64,000 nucleotides of DNA from Phoronis australis (taxonomy: Eukaryota; Animalia; Phoronida): NCBI GenBank assembly GCA_002633005.1, contig NMRA01000302.1, forward strand, positions 257,760 to 321,759, read 5' to 3'. Both the position numbers and the translations under genes were made by a program. Positions 63,418-64,000 of the stretch are shown here, piece after piece (the stretch's first letter is position 1; each line of letters begins with the position of its first letter). Under the pieces are notes generated by a model. That model ran no database searches. It saw nothing but the letters and a program-made list of their open reading frames with translations, and was not told where the DNA came from.

Positions 63418-64000
63418 CTGAAAACAATTGAAAGAGACTTTTGTTTAGACAAAATGGTACAATTGGATGTTGTTTATATCAACGGGAGCTAAATACATGT
63501 ATCATTTGTATGCGTAATTGCGAAGCTACTGAGAATCACGTTTCTGCAAGAAAGGCCAGCTCGTGATTTGTACAAGTTCTGCTTGCAAAGATACTTTGAG
63601 CCCGGATGTTAATCTTATTGGTTTCTGGGCTCGGACGGGAAGCAGTAGCGGTACTTTATTGCGTTTAGCAATACTTGACCGTCACCCACCGTATTACCAC
63701 ACCTTTAGGAACAAGAGTATCCATCAGGAATAATGCTTCTTTCGCAGCCTCCTTTTCACCCAGTTGGTTCGTATACTGGCCCGTCCGAATAGGTTTTGCA
63801 TATAAGTCCAGTTGATGTCCCTTGTATAGGCCCAAACAATAATTCCCATATAGGCGCAGTAGCTTTCTTTTTGCAAAATTGTCTTGCTTTTCATGAACAA
63901 CTTTCTGGCGTATTGCCGCCCCTTTAGGTACATGGGCTTATATCCGAAGTGATGCCTTTTTTCAAGGACTTGCTTTACCGAAGGGGTTCGTATAAGTTCG

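Overview
Eukaryotic (animal, probably marine invertebrate) genomic DNA that is AT-rich, intron-rich and loaded with transposon fragments. The ORF track is mostly uninformative here because the real genes are spliced. Manual splicing on the minus strand gives a head-to-tail array of at least four paralogous cell-surface genes. The complete members share a homologous first micro-exon (M..YIK) and a signal-peptide exon; B, C and D share a terminal exon that looks like a GPI-anchor signal. Their internal domain cassettes differ. Gene A (482-17975, runs off the left edge) encodes SP + gp130/CRLF1-type Ig + class I cytokine-receptor homology region (CHR, two FN3) + sushi + Ig + stalk. Gene B (18963-46233, 423 aa) encodes SP + Ig + CHR + GPI signal, the architecture of CNTFR-alpha. 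Gene C (51141-60045, 283 aa) encodes SP + sushi + Ig + stalk + GPI signal. Only the terminal exon of gene D (63254-63417) is in the window. All spliced frames are open with GT-AG sites, and exon lengths match between paralogs apart from in-frame indels. Introns and spacers hold two Kolobok elements, Ngaro/DIRS, Gypsy, two LINEs, Penelope, ISL2EU, Academ, Harbinger pieces and MITEs. Gene models, domain calls and TE classes were made by eye with no searches run, and the organism cannot be determined.
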